Origin: Octopus sinensis
Taxonomy: Eukaryota
NCBI RefSeq assembly: GCF_006345805.1
Contig: NC_042998.1
Location: forward strand, 67,828,001-67,892,000
DNA: 64,000 nt
Reading direction: 5' to 3'
Shown piece by piece: positions 25,158 to 38,699 of this stretch (position 1 is its first letter; every line of letters starts with the position of its first letter). A model generated the notes under the pieces. That model was not told the origin of the DNA and made no database searches. It saw only the letters and a program-made list of their open reading frames with translations. A program made the position numbers and the translations under genes.

Positions 25158-26859
25158 TGTGTTTGAATCACAAAAGAATAGGTGTTATGTAATCACTTTC
25201 GTTATCTTACAGCTTTTTATGAAACAAAGAATTATTGCACAGAGCCGAGGACTTGTGCGACATTGTCGTCTGAGATATTTAAATGAAGTGTGTGTATGTG
25301 TGTGTGTGTGTTACGCTTGCATGTACACTGCGTGTATATGCATGTGTGTGTGAGCGTTATAATATTTACTACAGTATTTATGCGTCACAATGTTAAATAT
25401 TCAAAAGAGTGGAGTGTATTGATACGTATTGGCCTAATTACGCCATATGTCTGTCTGTCTCTGGATGTATGGTATAATATTTTGGGTTATAAATCAGAAC
25501 AAGGACCCTATCTAATCCCCTATATCCAAGAATTAGAAACTTTGTGTTTATCTAAGCAACCAATATTGTGACATTTATTCCATTTAGGGTGGTGATCTAG
25601 CAACGGTAACTTCGATGTGTATGTTCTCCGTTGTTAACCATTACAATTGTCAATCATATCTGACTGCTGTGCATAGTAAGGCAATATAAGGCAAAATAAA
25701 AGACTAGACTTTAGTCAATTTATCATGTTGAATCGGTGGAAAGGCGTTGTGTCCATCCACAAATACAGTGCACCAATATTTATATTAGAGCTATTGAAAC
25801 ACTCAATCAATTTATTTGCCGACCGTCTTCTTGAAGCTCAATCTTACTTTATCACATTTAATATACATGGACAGTTTCATTTGATGTATGGGTTTAAAAT
25901 ATACCATCGTCAAGCATGTTCTGCTTAGATAAGAGGTTTTTTTTTTCGTTTTTTCTGGGAGTGAGGGATGGGAATTAACAAACATAACTGAGACTAGAGG
26001 TCGTCTGGCTGAAGTTTCTATTGTAAGTAATTATTTTTGCTTATCTGGCTGCCATGTTCAAATACTTGTTCATTCATGAAAAAATAAGCACTTGATTCCA
26101 TGCAGCCGCGTATATGATTCCTATTTAAAATTGGCCTTGTACCTAATCAAGCAAAGTTTCTGTTTGTTCAAAGTTTTCCACGGAGTTTTCAGAAATAGCG
26201 AAACTTTAAGAAAGTATATATTTTTTTCCTTATTGTGTATGCTTTCATATTTGCTTTTTAACTTTTCTGATTTGATTGAGAATCATTGATCGAATCCTGT
26301 TGCATTTCAACTTTCGGAAAATGACATATTCATTGACAAAATGTTAATACTATGAGTACTCTAACTCATAGTCTTTGTGGACTATTTAGGGACCCAAGTT
26401 TTGGCTCATCCCACCAGGCTTAGCGTTCAAATTCTTCAAATATTACAGTGTTTACCATATCGGCACAACTGCAATTTCTGCTGTAACTGGAGTCTTTGCT
26501 ATACATTCTTTTCTCTCTTTGTAAAATTTACCCTTATTCTATTTGATATGGTTGTAACATTTTCCGTACGTTCATTCAGTCTCAACTGACCTCAAATTTT
26601 TCAACCCCGTTTATTACAAATTTATATTGACAGTGGCACCACTCTACACATTTTACAATGTACCTTTCCATTATGAGAGTATCAGTATCAATTTGAGGTA
26701 AATTTTACTGCAGTTTCTGACATATCAAGTGAAACCATGGATAATCTCGCATTTAATTTATAGCTATAGATAGGTGCAAAGGTGCGTATGTACTCAGGAA
26801 AATACATACAATTACGCATACCTACATTTGTGATGGTCATCAAGATGGTCATTTTTTTT

Positions 26860-27390
26860 TTCTTTTTGCCAAATAAGCACACGCACTGTATACTCGTTCT
26901 TCACTCGTTCATTACTGCTCTTATTCTAACTCATATCCACTGTCCGGCAATCTTTCGTCACACATCTGTCACCGCCTCAGCGACGCTTCCCATCTTCGTG
27001 CTCTGCTTATTCCATTCCGTTCTTCCATGTGTATCTTTATATGCCCATGCGTCTGTGTTTGTACATGTGTATATATAAATATATTTGCGTGTATATGCGT
27101 GTGTCATTGTTCTTAGAGGCACTATGACCCTCCCCTCACCCCTATCCCCTACCCTATTGCCGCTGCTGCTACCCCTGAGCTCAACTTTTTCTACCGTTCT
27201 TGTAACTCACTGTGTTTGTATGTTCGTCTACGCTGCTACCCGCGTGGCAGTTATCATTGTTGTTGTTATTCTTGTCGTTGTTGTTTGTCGTGTTGTTGAT
27301 ATTGTTGCGGCTGTCTGTGGCGTTACCGTAAGCGTGCTTGTTTTTTTTTATATGGGTTCGCTTCCTATGTTGTTTGTATCCGTGCCCTTC
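26860..27390 (+). repeat. Unclassified ~500-bp interspersed repeat, copy 1 of an inverted pair
   Basis: Diverged reverse complement of 27910-28372 (e.g. gctctgcttattccattccgttcttc / gaagaacggaatggaataagcagagc). Confidence 0.8.
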
Positions 27391-27521
27391 ATACAGCATT
27401 TTGTTTGTATTTTTTATTTATCATAGATACGTGCATATATATATGCACATACCTGCGATAAATAAAAATTTTTACAAAATAAAAATTAGAGACAAAAAGA
27501 AGATAAACTGTAAAACTTTAT

Positions 27522-27905
27522 AGGCGCAGGAGTGGCTGTGTGGTAAGTAGCTTCCTTACCAAACACATAGTTCCGGGTTCAGTCCCACTGCGTGGCACCT
27601 TGGGCCAGTGTCTTCTACTATAGCCTCGGGCCGATCAAAGACTTGTGAGTGGATTTGGTAGACGAAAACTGAAAGAAGCCCGTCGTATATATGTATATGT
27701 CTGTGTGTGTGTGTGTGTTTGTGTATATGTTCCCCCCCACCTTCCACCAACATGACTTGACAACCAATGCTGGTGTGTCTGCGTCCCCGTGACTTAGCGG
27801 TTCGGCAAAAAGAGACCGATATAATAAGTACTAGGGGCCGATTTGTTCGACTAAAGGCAGTGCTCCAACATGGCCGCAGTCAAATTACTGAAAAAGTAAA
27901 AGAGA
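27522..27905 (+). mobile_element. Near full-length tRNA-derived SINE (family A)
   Basis: ggcgcaggagtggctgtgtggtaagtagctt..gttccgggttcagtcccactgcgtggcaccttggg..; 3' aaagtaaaagagagtaaaaga tail. Confidence 0.92.
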
Positions 27906-27909
27906 GTAA

Positions 27910-28372
27910 AAGAAAGGGTACGGATAGAAAGCGAACCTATATACACACAGAAACACATATACGTTACTTTAGAGACGGCCGCAACAATATCAACAATACA
28001 CTAACAACAATGGCAACAACAACAATAACTCCCACGATAGCAGCACCGTGCGCGAACACACAAACAGTGAGTTGCAAGAACGGTACAAAAAGTTGGGTTC
28101 AAGGGCAGCACCGGTTGCAAAGGGGTAAGGGATGGGGCTGAGAGGCGGTTCATAGTACTACTACGCACAATGACACACACACACATAAATACAGGCGCAG
28201 GCGCATATAAGGATACACATCATAGAAGAACGGAATGGAATAAGCAGAGCAAGAGCATACACGAATATGGAAAGCGTGGATGATGTGTAACGAAAGATTG
28301 CCGGACAATGGGCACGATTAATAAACGAGTGAAGAACGAACATATAGTGTTTATTTGGCAAAAAAATTGACC
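27910..28372 (-). repeat. Unclassified interspersed repeat, copy 2 of the inverted pair
   Basis: Reverse complement of 26860-27390. Confidence 0.8.
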
Positions 28373-28733
28373 GCCCCAAAATCCAACAACATATATATAT
28401 ATATAATTATATATATATATATATGAGCAAAAGGGGTGACAAAGTTATTTAATGTTTGGGGCTCCGATGAAATTATACTTATCTGAGATACTTATCTTCG
28501 TAGAGTCCACCGTATCATATATCGGTAACAGCTGTTAGCTAATGATGTTCTTAAGATAATCGCTTATTCCTTTGTCATCTCTTTTTCTTATTACCGCTCT
28601 GTATTCGATTAACGCTGCCTTCTGAAGCATAAGGATACTGAGTTCTACATTAGGTTATTGATATGACAATGTTTAAGTGAAACGTATATGTGTGTGTGAG
28701 CGTGCATACATACATATATGTTTGTTTGTTTGT

Positions 28734-28736
<3 letters not shown>

Positions 28737-28824
<88 letters not shown>
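28737..28824. repeat. (GATA)n tetranucleotide microsatellite
   Basis: Direct reading of the sequence. Confidence 0.97.
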
Positions 28825-28825
<1 letters not shown>

Positions 28826-29625
28826 CTATGTAGTTGATAATTATTTTTGTCGTAGTACTATAAGAAGATTTATTCTGAACCCATAAATCATATCAGCAAA
28901 CAACACATTTGTTTTAATAATCGATTAGGAATTAGAATATCTATTATCGTTTGGAAAATCACATTTGATGTATCAGCTTTTTGTAAGATCTAAGAGTCAG
29001 ATTGAACACGTTACATTGTGACCCATTAGTTATATATCAATAATTAGTGCTGTATCTAATTAATATATTGTGTTTCGATCTATCAGGAATGTTGTTAGTC
29101 TGGTAATGTTCACTCTTTGTTGTAGAAGCAATTTCAAGATGATTAAAGAAGAAACACAGTAGCATGTTTTGTATCATTGAAATATATTTGCCGTTGATCT
29201 AGAATAATTTAAAGCTAAGACCTTACATAGCCAAGATACTGGTCTGTCCTAAAAGTGACTTGGCTAGTATCACTAATACCTGTGAATCAAAGCAACGCGC
29301 TATCTAATTAGGTTGTGCACTATATGAGGATAACCAGTCAGTCTGAGATGCCGCAACACAACATTTATAGTTTGCCTTGCTTTTATCTTATATCTTTTAT
29401 GCTGTACTTGTTTTACTCATTGGACAGCAGCCACGGTGGTGCACCGCCTTGATGCGAGCCCAGTACTTATATGCTTTGTTGTTAAAGTCTGGTACTTATC
29501 ATATCGATGACTTTTGCCGAACCGCTAGATATGGGTCATAAACAAACCTACAGCGGCCGTCGCGCAATAGGTGGTACAAACACAGATGCAAAGACACGCT
29601 CTCATAGGCATACACATGCAAACAT

Positions 29626-29914
29626 GATTGTTCCTTCTCGAGCCATCCCTGGCTCACTAGGGCCAGTCTCCCAGTTTCCTTGGCGTATAGGTTCCCAACC
29701 TGGACGGGGCGCCGGTCCGTCGCAGGTGAGCTGCAAGATGCAGGAGGAAAGAGTGAGAGAAAGTTGAGGCGAAAGAGTCAGCAGAAGTTCGCCATTACCT
29801 TCTGCTGGAGCCGCGTGGAGCTTAGGTTTTTCGCTCAAAACACACCCATCTTCTGATCTAAGATTCGAACTCGTGATCCCTCGACCGCTCTAACCACTAG
29901 GCCATGTGCCTCCA
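29626..29914 (-). mobile_element. tRNA-derived SINE (family C; 3' tail shared with family B)
   Basis: Head agtggaggcacatggcctagtggttagagcg..gagttcgaatc; tail ggctcgagaaggaacaa resembles 12451-12470. Confidence 0.8.
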
Positions 29915-30189
29915 CTATATATAAACATACATACAGATATATGCGATGGGCTTACACATGGGTTCCTTTTAACAAATTCACTCATAGGATATTAGACAGC
30001 CCAGAGCTCTAGTAGATGGGATGGTGTGGAAACTGTGTCAATGTTGATACAACAGACAAAACTATCATACAGACAACAAAAGCGGTTTCTTATCCGAGGG
30101 TGTGCGTACTCTTTCATCTAAACATGCAATAACTTATTTCTAATGTTTGTAACAATGCCAGAAATACACACAAACGCACACATACACAC

Positions 30190-30239
<50 letters not shown>

Positions 30240-30245
30240 ATGTGT

Positions 30246-30294
30246 GCTTCCTGATGATTTCTTTTGAATGAAACAGTTCTAGTCCTGTAGAAGC
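30246..30294 (+). ncRNA. Type I hammerhead ribozyme (near-canonical), predicted cleavage 3' of A30289
   Basis: Stem I gcttc(30246-50)/gaagc(30290-94); core CTGATGA (30251-57); stem II ttc/gaa with a T.T pair at the 10.1-11.1 position; GAA (30270-72); stem III ACAG/CTGT with 8-nt loop; GUA triplet. Confidence 0.75.
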
Positions 30295-30377
30295 TCCTTC
30301 TATAAAATAAATTAATTTACTCTGCTATGTATTGAGTACCTTATTTACTGTGGTTAACCCCGACTCAACCCGGGACC

Positions 30378-30441
<64 letters not shown>

Positions 30442-30446
30442 TATAT

Positions 30447-30609
<163 letters not shown>

Positions 30610-31860
30610 ACAAACAGAGGGAGAAAGAGCAGTTAAAACCAAACTCCATGCGTGTTGAATGACCGAGGATTTTTAACTAAAAATAAAATAAAAAAATAAA
30701 ATGTTGAATACCTTGGATTACGAATTGAGGTGGATAAATGAAGGTAAATATATTTTATAGTTATTTATATTTATTCTTTAAAAAATGTGGTATATAAAAC
30801 TGAAGACCGTCAAATGTCCTTCTAAATTAAATTAATTTTTTTAAATTGATTTATTTAGTTTGTACATTAAACGTAAAACTAGTTTTGTAATGACCGCAGT
30901 AACTAACAAAACTGACTTCATCTATTTCCCCGGCCTTTCATCATTTTCGTTTGTTTTTATGTTATATTTATTTTTATATATGCATGTATGTGCGTATGTG
31001 TGTGTGTATGTGTGTGTGAATGTGTGTATGTGTGCAAATGTAGATAAATAGTTAGATCCAGAAGTAGATAACCTTGCCTATATTCTACTATTTTTGAGAA
31101 CACAGAATGGCTGCCTAATTCGTAAAGCATCTTGTCGATGATTTAGAAACTGAAAAGTTAATATATACAATTAAAATCGAAAGAAAAGAAGACGCTGGGC
31201 TAAATGCGTTACGAGCCAACTTAATAGGTTTCGTTTTATTGTAAAAATGGAAATCGTTAAAGAATACTATTTGCGTTAAGAAAATAAATATATATTTCTA
31301 AAAAGGTATAATTCAGAATACCTATTTGCCTAGCAATTATTTCATTAGCGCTATTAAATCATTTTTTTTCTTTTTTGCGTTTAATTTTCAAGATCTTTAG
31401 ACAGTAATTATAAACTCTACTTTAACAGGAAATTAGTCAATATTTTGAAATTATTACTTCATATCAAATGAAATAAGTATTTGTTAAATTTGATTGTTGT
31501 TTACATAACCCAGTAATCGATTTTTGAAGAAATAAAATCTGTTGTGTGTAGAAGGTGTGGGTGAAAAGAAGACTTTTAGAGAAATAAAAAGGTATGGTGC
31601 TTGGTGGGTGAGGTGTGTAGATGAGGTTTTGTAGAAGGTATGAGGGAAAGAAAATGAAGTAGAAATATTTTCGAATAGAAGAAATCAGAATCATCGAAGG
31701 AATAACTAGAATTGTTTTTTTTTAAACGGCGTATCATAAAGAACAAATAAATAATTACTTCATGTAATTGGACTTTTGTTTGGTGAGGAGAAACTAACAT
31801 CCCCTCCTGTTGAAATTGCAACTAGGTTTCGATTTCCTGTTGTTAAACTTTCACTTTATA

Positions 31861-32093
31861 TATTTCTTTACTACCCACAAGGGGCTAAACACAGAGAGGA
31901 CAAACAAGGATAGACAAAGGGATTAAGTCGATTATATCGACCCCAGTGCGTAACTGGTACTTAATTTATCGACCCCGAAAGGATGAAAGGCAAAGTCGAC
32001 CTCGGCGGAATTTGAACTCAGAACGTAACAGCAGACGAAATACGGCTACGCGTTTCGCCCGGTGTGCTAACGTTTCTGCCAGCTCGCCGCCTT
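31861..32093 (-). mobile_element. Young full-length tRNA-derived SINE (family O) with 21-bp TSD
   Basis: TSD taaactttcactttatatatt at 31844-31864 and 32096-32116; head aaggcggcgagctggcagaaacgttagcac, B-box gagttcaaattcc. Confidence 0.92.
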
Positions 32094-32379
32094 GCTAAAC
32101 TTTCACTTTATATATTCTCCGAAAACACTTCAGAAAACGATGGCAGTCATGGCTCCATCTAGTTATTTATATTTATTTAAAAATAAGTAGTAACGACAAA
32201 AGCAGTATTACTGTCATAAAGGTAGTATTTATCCCTGTTTAAAAGTGGATGTTGTGTTAGAACACAGAATTCTGTGATAGTCATATTGAGAGAACCTCAC
32301 ATATAAGCATACTTGTTTACATCACTAGCGGGAGCAATGGTAACTTTCTTTATAGTCATTTATTTTGAAAGCAGAACAG

Positions 32380-32980
32380 CTGTTCGTGAATACCAAAATT
32401 TATTTCAATAAATTAGAGTGTTTCAAGTATTTTGGGGTTGTATTCACGAGTAATAAGAAGCAGGAGGTTGAATTTAATGCAAGAGCTGTGGGTACTGGCA
32501 CAGTAATGTTCCAACTCCAGCATTCGATCCTCAAAAGAAGAGAGGTTGGTAAGAAAATCAAACTTTCTATCTGCATTTTTGTGCCTTTCCTTACCTAAGG
32601 TCATGAATGGTGTGTAATGGCCGAGCGAGTACGTTTGCAAATACAAGCGTCCAAAATAAGGTTGCCCTGAGGGATTTTTGCAGTAGCGTTTTTTGGCAGG
32701 TTGCGTAGCCCGGGAATCAGGGTGTCTCTTCAGGTGGAGCGACTACTTCTCCACAATGAAAAATCGCTGCTCCGGTGTTACAGATATGTGATTAAAATGT
32801 TGCTGGAAAGGATCGCAAGACTGAATCTTCAAGCAGAGGCAACCGGCAGAACTGGAAGTAGAACAAGAACGAGATGGATGGCTAATATACATAGCCTCTG
32901 TTGGTCATGCTTAGGATTTTAGCAGGTGAGTGTGGTGATATAAGGGGGAACTTCAGGCCTCTTCCCCGCAAATCTCCCAG
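32380..32980 (+). mobile_element. RTE-clade LINE remnant (Rex3/Expander-like)
   Basis: FKYFGVVFTS..KQEVEFNAR, KRREVGKKIKLSI..FVPFLT*GHEW.VM.ERVR.QIQAS, VERLLLH.EKS.LR, TGR..SRTRTRW. Confidence 0.85.
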
Positions 32981-35900
32981 AAACAGTAGGTGGGCTACAC
33001 GGACGGATGGATGGAAACTAGCATCGAGAAATACATTGAATTTTTTTGCATTTTAGGCACTTCATTTGCAGTGCATAGTAAACATAATTTTTTTTCTAAA
33101 TTTGGCATAACGCAGGTGGGGGAGAAGTCGCTTATATACTGCTACATATTTTATCGGTCTCGAAGGCTGAAATGCAAGGTCTACATCAGCTGCATTTGAG
33201 CTAAAATCGTAAAGAACCGGAAGAAATGCTGCTAAGCGTGTAGTGCGATATGGCTATGATCCTACTAGGACGATGTCTTAGAGAAGAAACGTAATATGTG
33301 TTATAGAATAACCGACTTTGTATTTTATTTTGTTGCGAGTAGCATAATTATTAGAAAGGTTGTTTCACGAATTTGGTCTTCTCGGGTTCAATTCGTTGAC
33401 CTGCTGGTGAGTTGTGTTCTTGATCGAAGAAATTCACTTAAAGTTCCTCCTTTCTATTCAATGAGTACTAAATCGAGCGCTGGTACTTATTCACTAGATG
33501 GCATGTCGTGGATGTACCACTGCGTCAAACAGTAGGAAACTCGAGGGAGTGTCTATGTCTGCTTGCGACCTAATGACAATTAATGAAAGCAATGTGCATA
33601 TTACCAAGCCATACACATTAACTAGTAACAGTTATCTTTATATTACATAGCATCTCTATGTAATAATAGCAGGTACAACTGTTGGTTGGTGGGTTAGTCG
33701 GGTTTTCCAGTTATGCCATACATCGTACAAAAAGAGGAGCAGAAAGAATGAGAGATAAAGTGAGAGAGTTAATGTAAGAGGTACTGAATAAGTGCATATA
33801 CTAGGCTTAATGGCAGGCATTGATTAAATGAACGTTACACACACAATGAGAGTTATAGAATCATAAATATATAGCAGTATATACATTTACAAAAGCATAC
33901 ACTAGAGCGAGAGAGTGACAGACAGAGACAAAGAGAGGAGTGGTGAATATGTGCATCTGTGTGAGCGTCTATAATATAAAATCAACTTGGAGAAAGATAT
34001 TATTCATTTTTTATGTTTTAATATAGCCGTACACTATTTTAAGGTGATTTTTCTTGCGAAGATTAGTATTCTTTCCGCCATTTTGTATAAACATCAATTA
34101 AATTTGATAAAAGATAAATTAAAATTATTGTATGTCTATCATATTTCCTGTAGTCGAATAAGCATTCTTCCAAACCTCGCAGTTGTATGACTAATAGCAC
34201 TGTAGTCTAATACAATACAGGTGACAGTTAATTTAGTCCTCGCTACCCATTCTGTCAAAGAGTACAGGCTAAAGAGCGAGACCCTCGTGACACCAAGACA
34301 GCAACAGAATTTAGTTCTCTACAACTCAATAGCGTTAGTCACAGCCAAGGTAAAGTAACTGCAAAATCATTAAGTCGCCCCTGCATGCTCTGCCTCGCGT
34401 AGAGTATCCCTGATGTCTACTTTACCTCCAGGCATTCGAATTGAAATGACGCATGCGCCATCTTTGTTTTATCTCCATGATTCAAAAATTACCAATTGAA
34501 ATACTTGAAGTAGTTGCAATATCTCGCAACATTTTTTGTAACCTTTCATATCTTTCTCCAAAATATATTAGCTCCATAACCATTTTGATTCCTATATAAT
34601 TGTTTCCCGATTTAAAGTTCTTTTAAGAATTTCCTCAGGTGGCTACCTTTACTGGAAAACAGCCATATATAAATTTCCTAATGAATTCTTGAAAAATGTC
34701 CAAAAGCAATTTATTTTGTCTAAACTAAACAAGTAAAGACGTTGCCTTTACCAACATCTTTATCAATAACTTAGTCTCTTCTTTTGTATATGTACGTGTT
34801 TCTATATCTTTGAGTCGTATGTCTAGCAATAGGGGTAATATCAAATTGGTTTATACTCCTTCCATGAATATGAGAACATCAAAATTAGTCAAATTTCTTA
34901 CTTGCTTAATTAATGAAATCAGGCATTAAATAATTCTAAAATGAAACACTAGAGGTGATGTATAAGCCGGTGCTAACACCTAAACTTAGATGCCATAGCT
35001 TAACTTATATGAGACAAGTTTTTTTATAGAACACCAAACAATATTTGCTTCCCCCAAGGAAAGAGGTTATTAATTTGATTAATGTTGCTGAAATAGAATT
35101 ATGCGGCTTTGCAGAGCATTTGAACGGAAAAGTGCATGAACTGTTTATTGAATATTCTGTTGGTTCGTTTTTTCAACACAACGTGACGGAGAATTGTGTG
35201 TTTTTTAATTGAAAAAAAAATAATGTTCGCATTATATACATTATAGACACTGTCAACGCGCTTTTACCTTTTTCTTCCTTACTTTATTTTCTGTTCCTGT
35301 AAAGAAATAATCTACGTAAGCTATCAATCATGGTAAAACTTAATGTAGTGATCCAGTTTGGAGACCTATTTTTCAGTTAATTACCATCTGTTTTTCATTC
35401 AGAGTAGATTTAATCTAACTTAAAAGTTATTCCATCGTACTAATGAGAGAATTCTCAGAAACATTCCTTGGTTTTTAATTTTTATTTATTCAGTTTTAGT
35501 TTTAGTTGGGTTTTTTTTTCATGTTCACCTTTTATTAATTAAAAGAGTTGCATTTTAAATTAATATTATATTTCAGTGCACGTGGCTTCTATATCTTCAT
35601 AAAAGAAATATACATTTTGACATAAGTAATGATGGATCTTTTTATTTTCTTATTACTAAGATGGCATTAAAATAAAGATAGGTGATCGGATTGATTCAAA
35701 GAACTTTCAGAATAACAGGTCTGGTAAACATAATAGTCATCTTTGCGACATTTGTCCTCAATTGTATAAACTACTGTTTTGAATTGTGACCACCAGATTG
35801 TGTTAAGTTAATGGCGTAACTTTAAGTAAACCAACGCTGCTAGACGCAGGATCGCCTTGAAAATTTTTAGTCGAATTAAACAAACTCAGTACTGAATTCT

Positions 35901-36989
35901 TTTTTATATAAGCCTGGTATTTATTCTATCAGTTTATTTTGCCGAGCTGCTAAGCTACGGGAACATAAACACACTAACACTGGTTGTGAAGTGGTGGTGG
36001 GGGACAAACATAGACACAAAGACACACATACACACATACATACATACATACATTCCATTCTAACAACTCTACTGTAGCATGTCTGCGATTATGTTTAAAT
36101 ATACATTCCATGCTCAAAAGTAATACCAATCGTTTTCCTGTTCATTCCTTCTTTCTTTCTACCACACATGATAGACCCCCTATAGCTCAATGATAGACCA
36201 CTTATAGCCATCCACTGCAACACGGCTACAACTCCGCGTTATTTCAATTACAGTTCAAGTTGAAGTTTTAGGTAGTAAATAAACATAGGCACTTATTTTA
36301 TAAGCTTATTACATTATATCATTAGACATGATTTTACCTGAACACTATATTAGGTTATACAGTAATGTATAAGATGGAAAAACTCAGCAGATATACCAGA
36401 ATGGCACGAATTAATCCCTGTAAATCTGGAATCATATTCACTGAATAAAGCGTTGCGATATCAAAGAGATTTGATGTAGCACAATGTTGATTGAACATGG
36501 TGACGCAATGAGGTCAAATATTGATATCACCGCTTATTGTAATAAATCTTTTATAGAATATAGCAAGAGAAGTAATGCGATACTCATTCGTTTTCCAGTG
36601 TAAGAGATATTACATTTATGTAATTGTTTTGCCAGATTTGTGATGTAAAATCGTCAGCTAAAACAGATTTTATATTTCGAGACGGTATAATAGTAAAAGA
36701 TTGGTAAAAGATTCCTGTATCTCCTAGACAAACACTTTCCAGTCACTCACAGATACAGGAAATTATTTAATAGTCGTTCTGTTAAAGTATCATATAAATG
36801 CTGCCACAATAGGAAGAGTATCATTACAAGTGGTCAATACCAAGAGCCTGAATCCAGTTGCAACCGTCGCGACCCAGGATCCTGTCCATTTGACCGACGC
36901 TGTATGACTAAATCTATTATATTTGAGTCAGAAGTTACAGCAACCCTAAATGATAAAACAACTCATAAGAAGACATATATCGGATTGTG

Positions 36990-37304
36990 TGAAGGTGGCA
37001 CCTTGGGCAAGTGTCTTCTACTATAACCTCACGCCGACCAAAGAGTTGTGAGTGGATTTGGCAGACGGAAACTGAAAGAAATCCGTCGTATGTATGTATC
37101 TGTGTCAGTGTTTGTACCCCCACCATCGCTTGAAAACCGATGTTGGTGTGTTTACGTCCCCGTTACTTAGCCGTTCGGCAAAAAGACCGATAGAATAAAT
37201 ACTACGCTTACATTGAATAAGTCCTGGGGTCGATTTGTTCGACTAAAGGCGGGGCTCCAGCATGGCAGCTGTCAAATGACTGAAACAAGAAAAAGAATAA
37301 ATAA

Positions 37305-37310
<6 letters not shown>
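36990..37310 (+). mobile_element. SINE family A, 5'-truncated
   Basis: gtggcaccttgggcaagtgtcttctactata..gactaaaggcggggctccagcatggc. Confidence 0.88.
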
Positions 37311-37341
<31 letters not shown>

Positions 37342-38699
37342 TGCGCAACTACACTGTTTGTGCGTACATTGGTAAACATTTTTTTGAACAAAAAACTATG
37401 TATGATTGCTTCAGAAAATATAACCCTCAGTGAGAAAGAAAGAGAGCACATCTTCAGAATGATACAAGTTTGGCTATCTGTTTAATAATAACGAGAGTTT
37501 CAATACGAGTAATATCTTCAATTATTTAACCTTTATATAAAATTTTAGCCCCCGACGGCATTCTCGATAGATGTATATGAGAATATAAATTAATGGATTC
37601 GTTGTTATTCAAGAACTCGTGATTCTTTCACCTTTCTCTCCCAAGATATTACGATAAAGTAACGGAAGACTTAAATATAAAATGCATTAAAATGTAAAGG
37701 AATTTCTGCTAGATACAATATATTTGTTTACTATGAAGCATATATCGCAATATGATAGCACATATCATGTATCTCTGAAATTTCATCTCTGAAATATATA
37801 TTTTTGATAAATATGGAAATGTCTATAATAAATGTTCAATATATTTTATTTAAATGCCATTATACCAAACTTTCTTCTTCTCGAAAATTTAAATTAGAAT
37901 TCACTGTTTTTAGTTATTTTATAGATTATTTCAATTTCTCTTATCTTCAAACGCGATCTTACTTTAAATCCTTATTGATTTATAACATTATTGTTGTTGT
38001 TGTTCTTATTTTATTTTACATAGATACGTCAATTCCTGCATTACCATGGTGATGCGGTGATATATTTGAGAAAATTAAGATCAAAAGAATAATTAATCAA
38101 AAATATTCATATGTAATTAAACAATAAGTATTAGATTTCTTTCTGGATGTTCACAATAATAAGTAAAGATAGTGCTAAACAAATCTTATATTAAGCGAAG
38201 TGTTAAATATTGCATCCAAAATTTCATTCAAATGCTTTACGAAGTGAAATTCTCCGTCTATACATAAAGCAGATGACTTTTTGAATGAGTGATGTAGCTT
38301 AGGCATGCTTCACTATCTTAAAAACATGATTTTATGGTCAAATAAAACATTATCTTAATATTTTAACAATAAATTTCAAGTTTATTGTCTGAAACGCTAA
38401 GCACTTAGACTAATAAATTCAGTTATATACAACAGAGTATTGATCGCATTTTCTTAGAATTCTATTCAATGATTCTTTACTATGTCATCCCGATTTCAAT
38501 GCCATGCAAACATATGATCATCATTGACCCAAAATTGTGTACATATTAGTAATTTAAAGAACAAAAGAGGCGGTCACCATAACAGAAGCAAAAGATGGAA
38601 TAAAACAAAAGATTGAATGAAAAAGATAAGGAAACTTTTTCAGTACTCATTCACACCAATCATGCAATCTCTCGGTCTATGTCTTAACCTCATGTGGAA

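Noticed and set aside
28737-28824. Regular short repeats as a possible CRISPR array
   Set aside because: Pure tandem microsatellites without unique spacers; eukaryotic context with no cas genes.
34221-34349. Open frame VTVNLVLATHSVKEYR..VTAK ending at AAG|gtaaag, a possible first ATD exon
   Set aside because: No polypyrimidine tract or ATG, and only vague similarity; needs RNA evidence.
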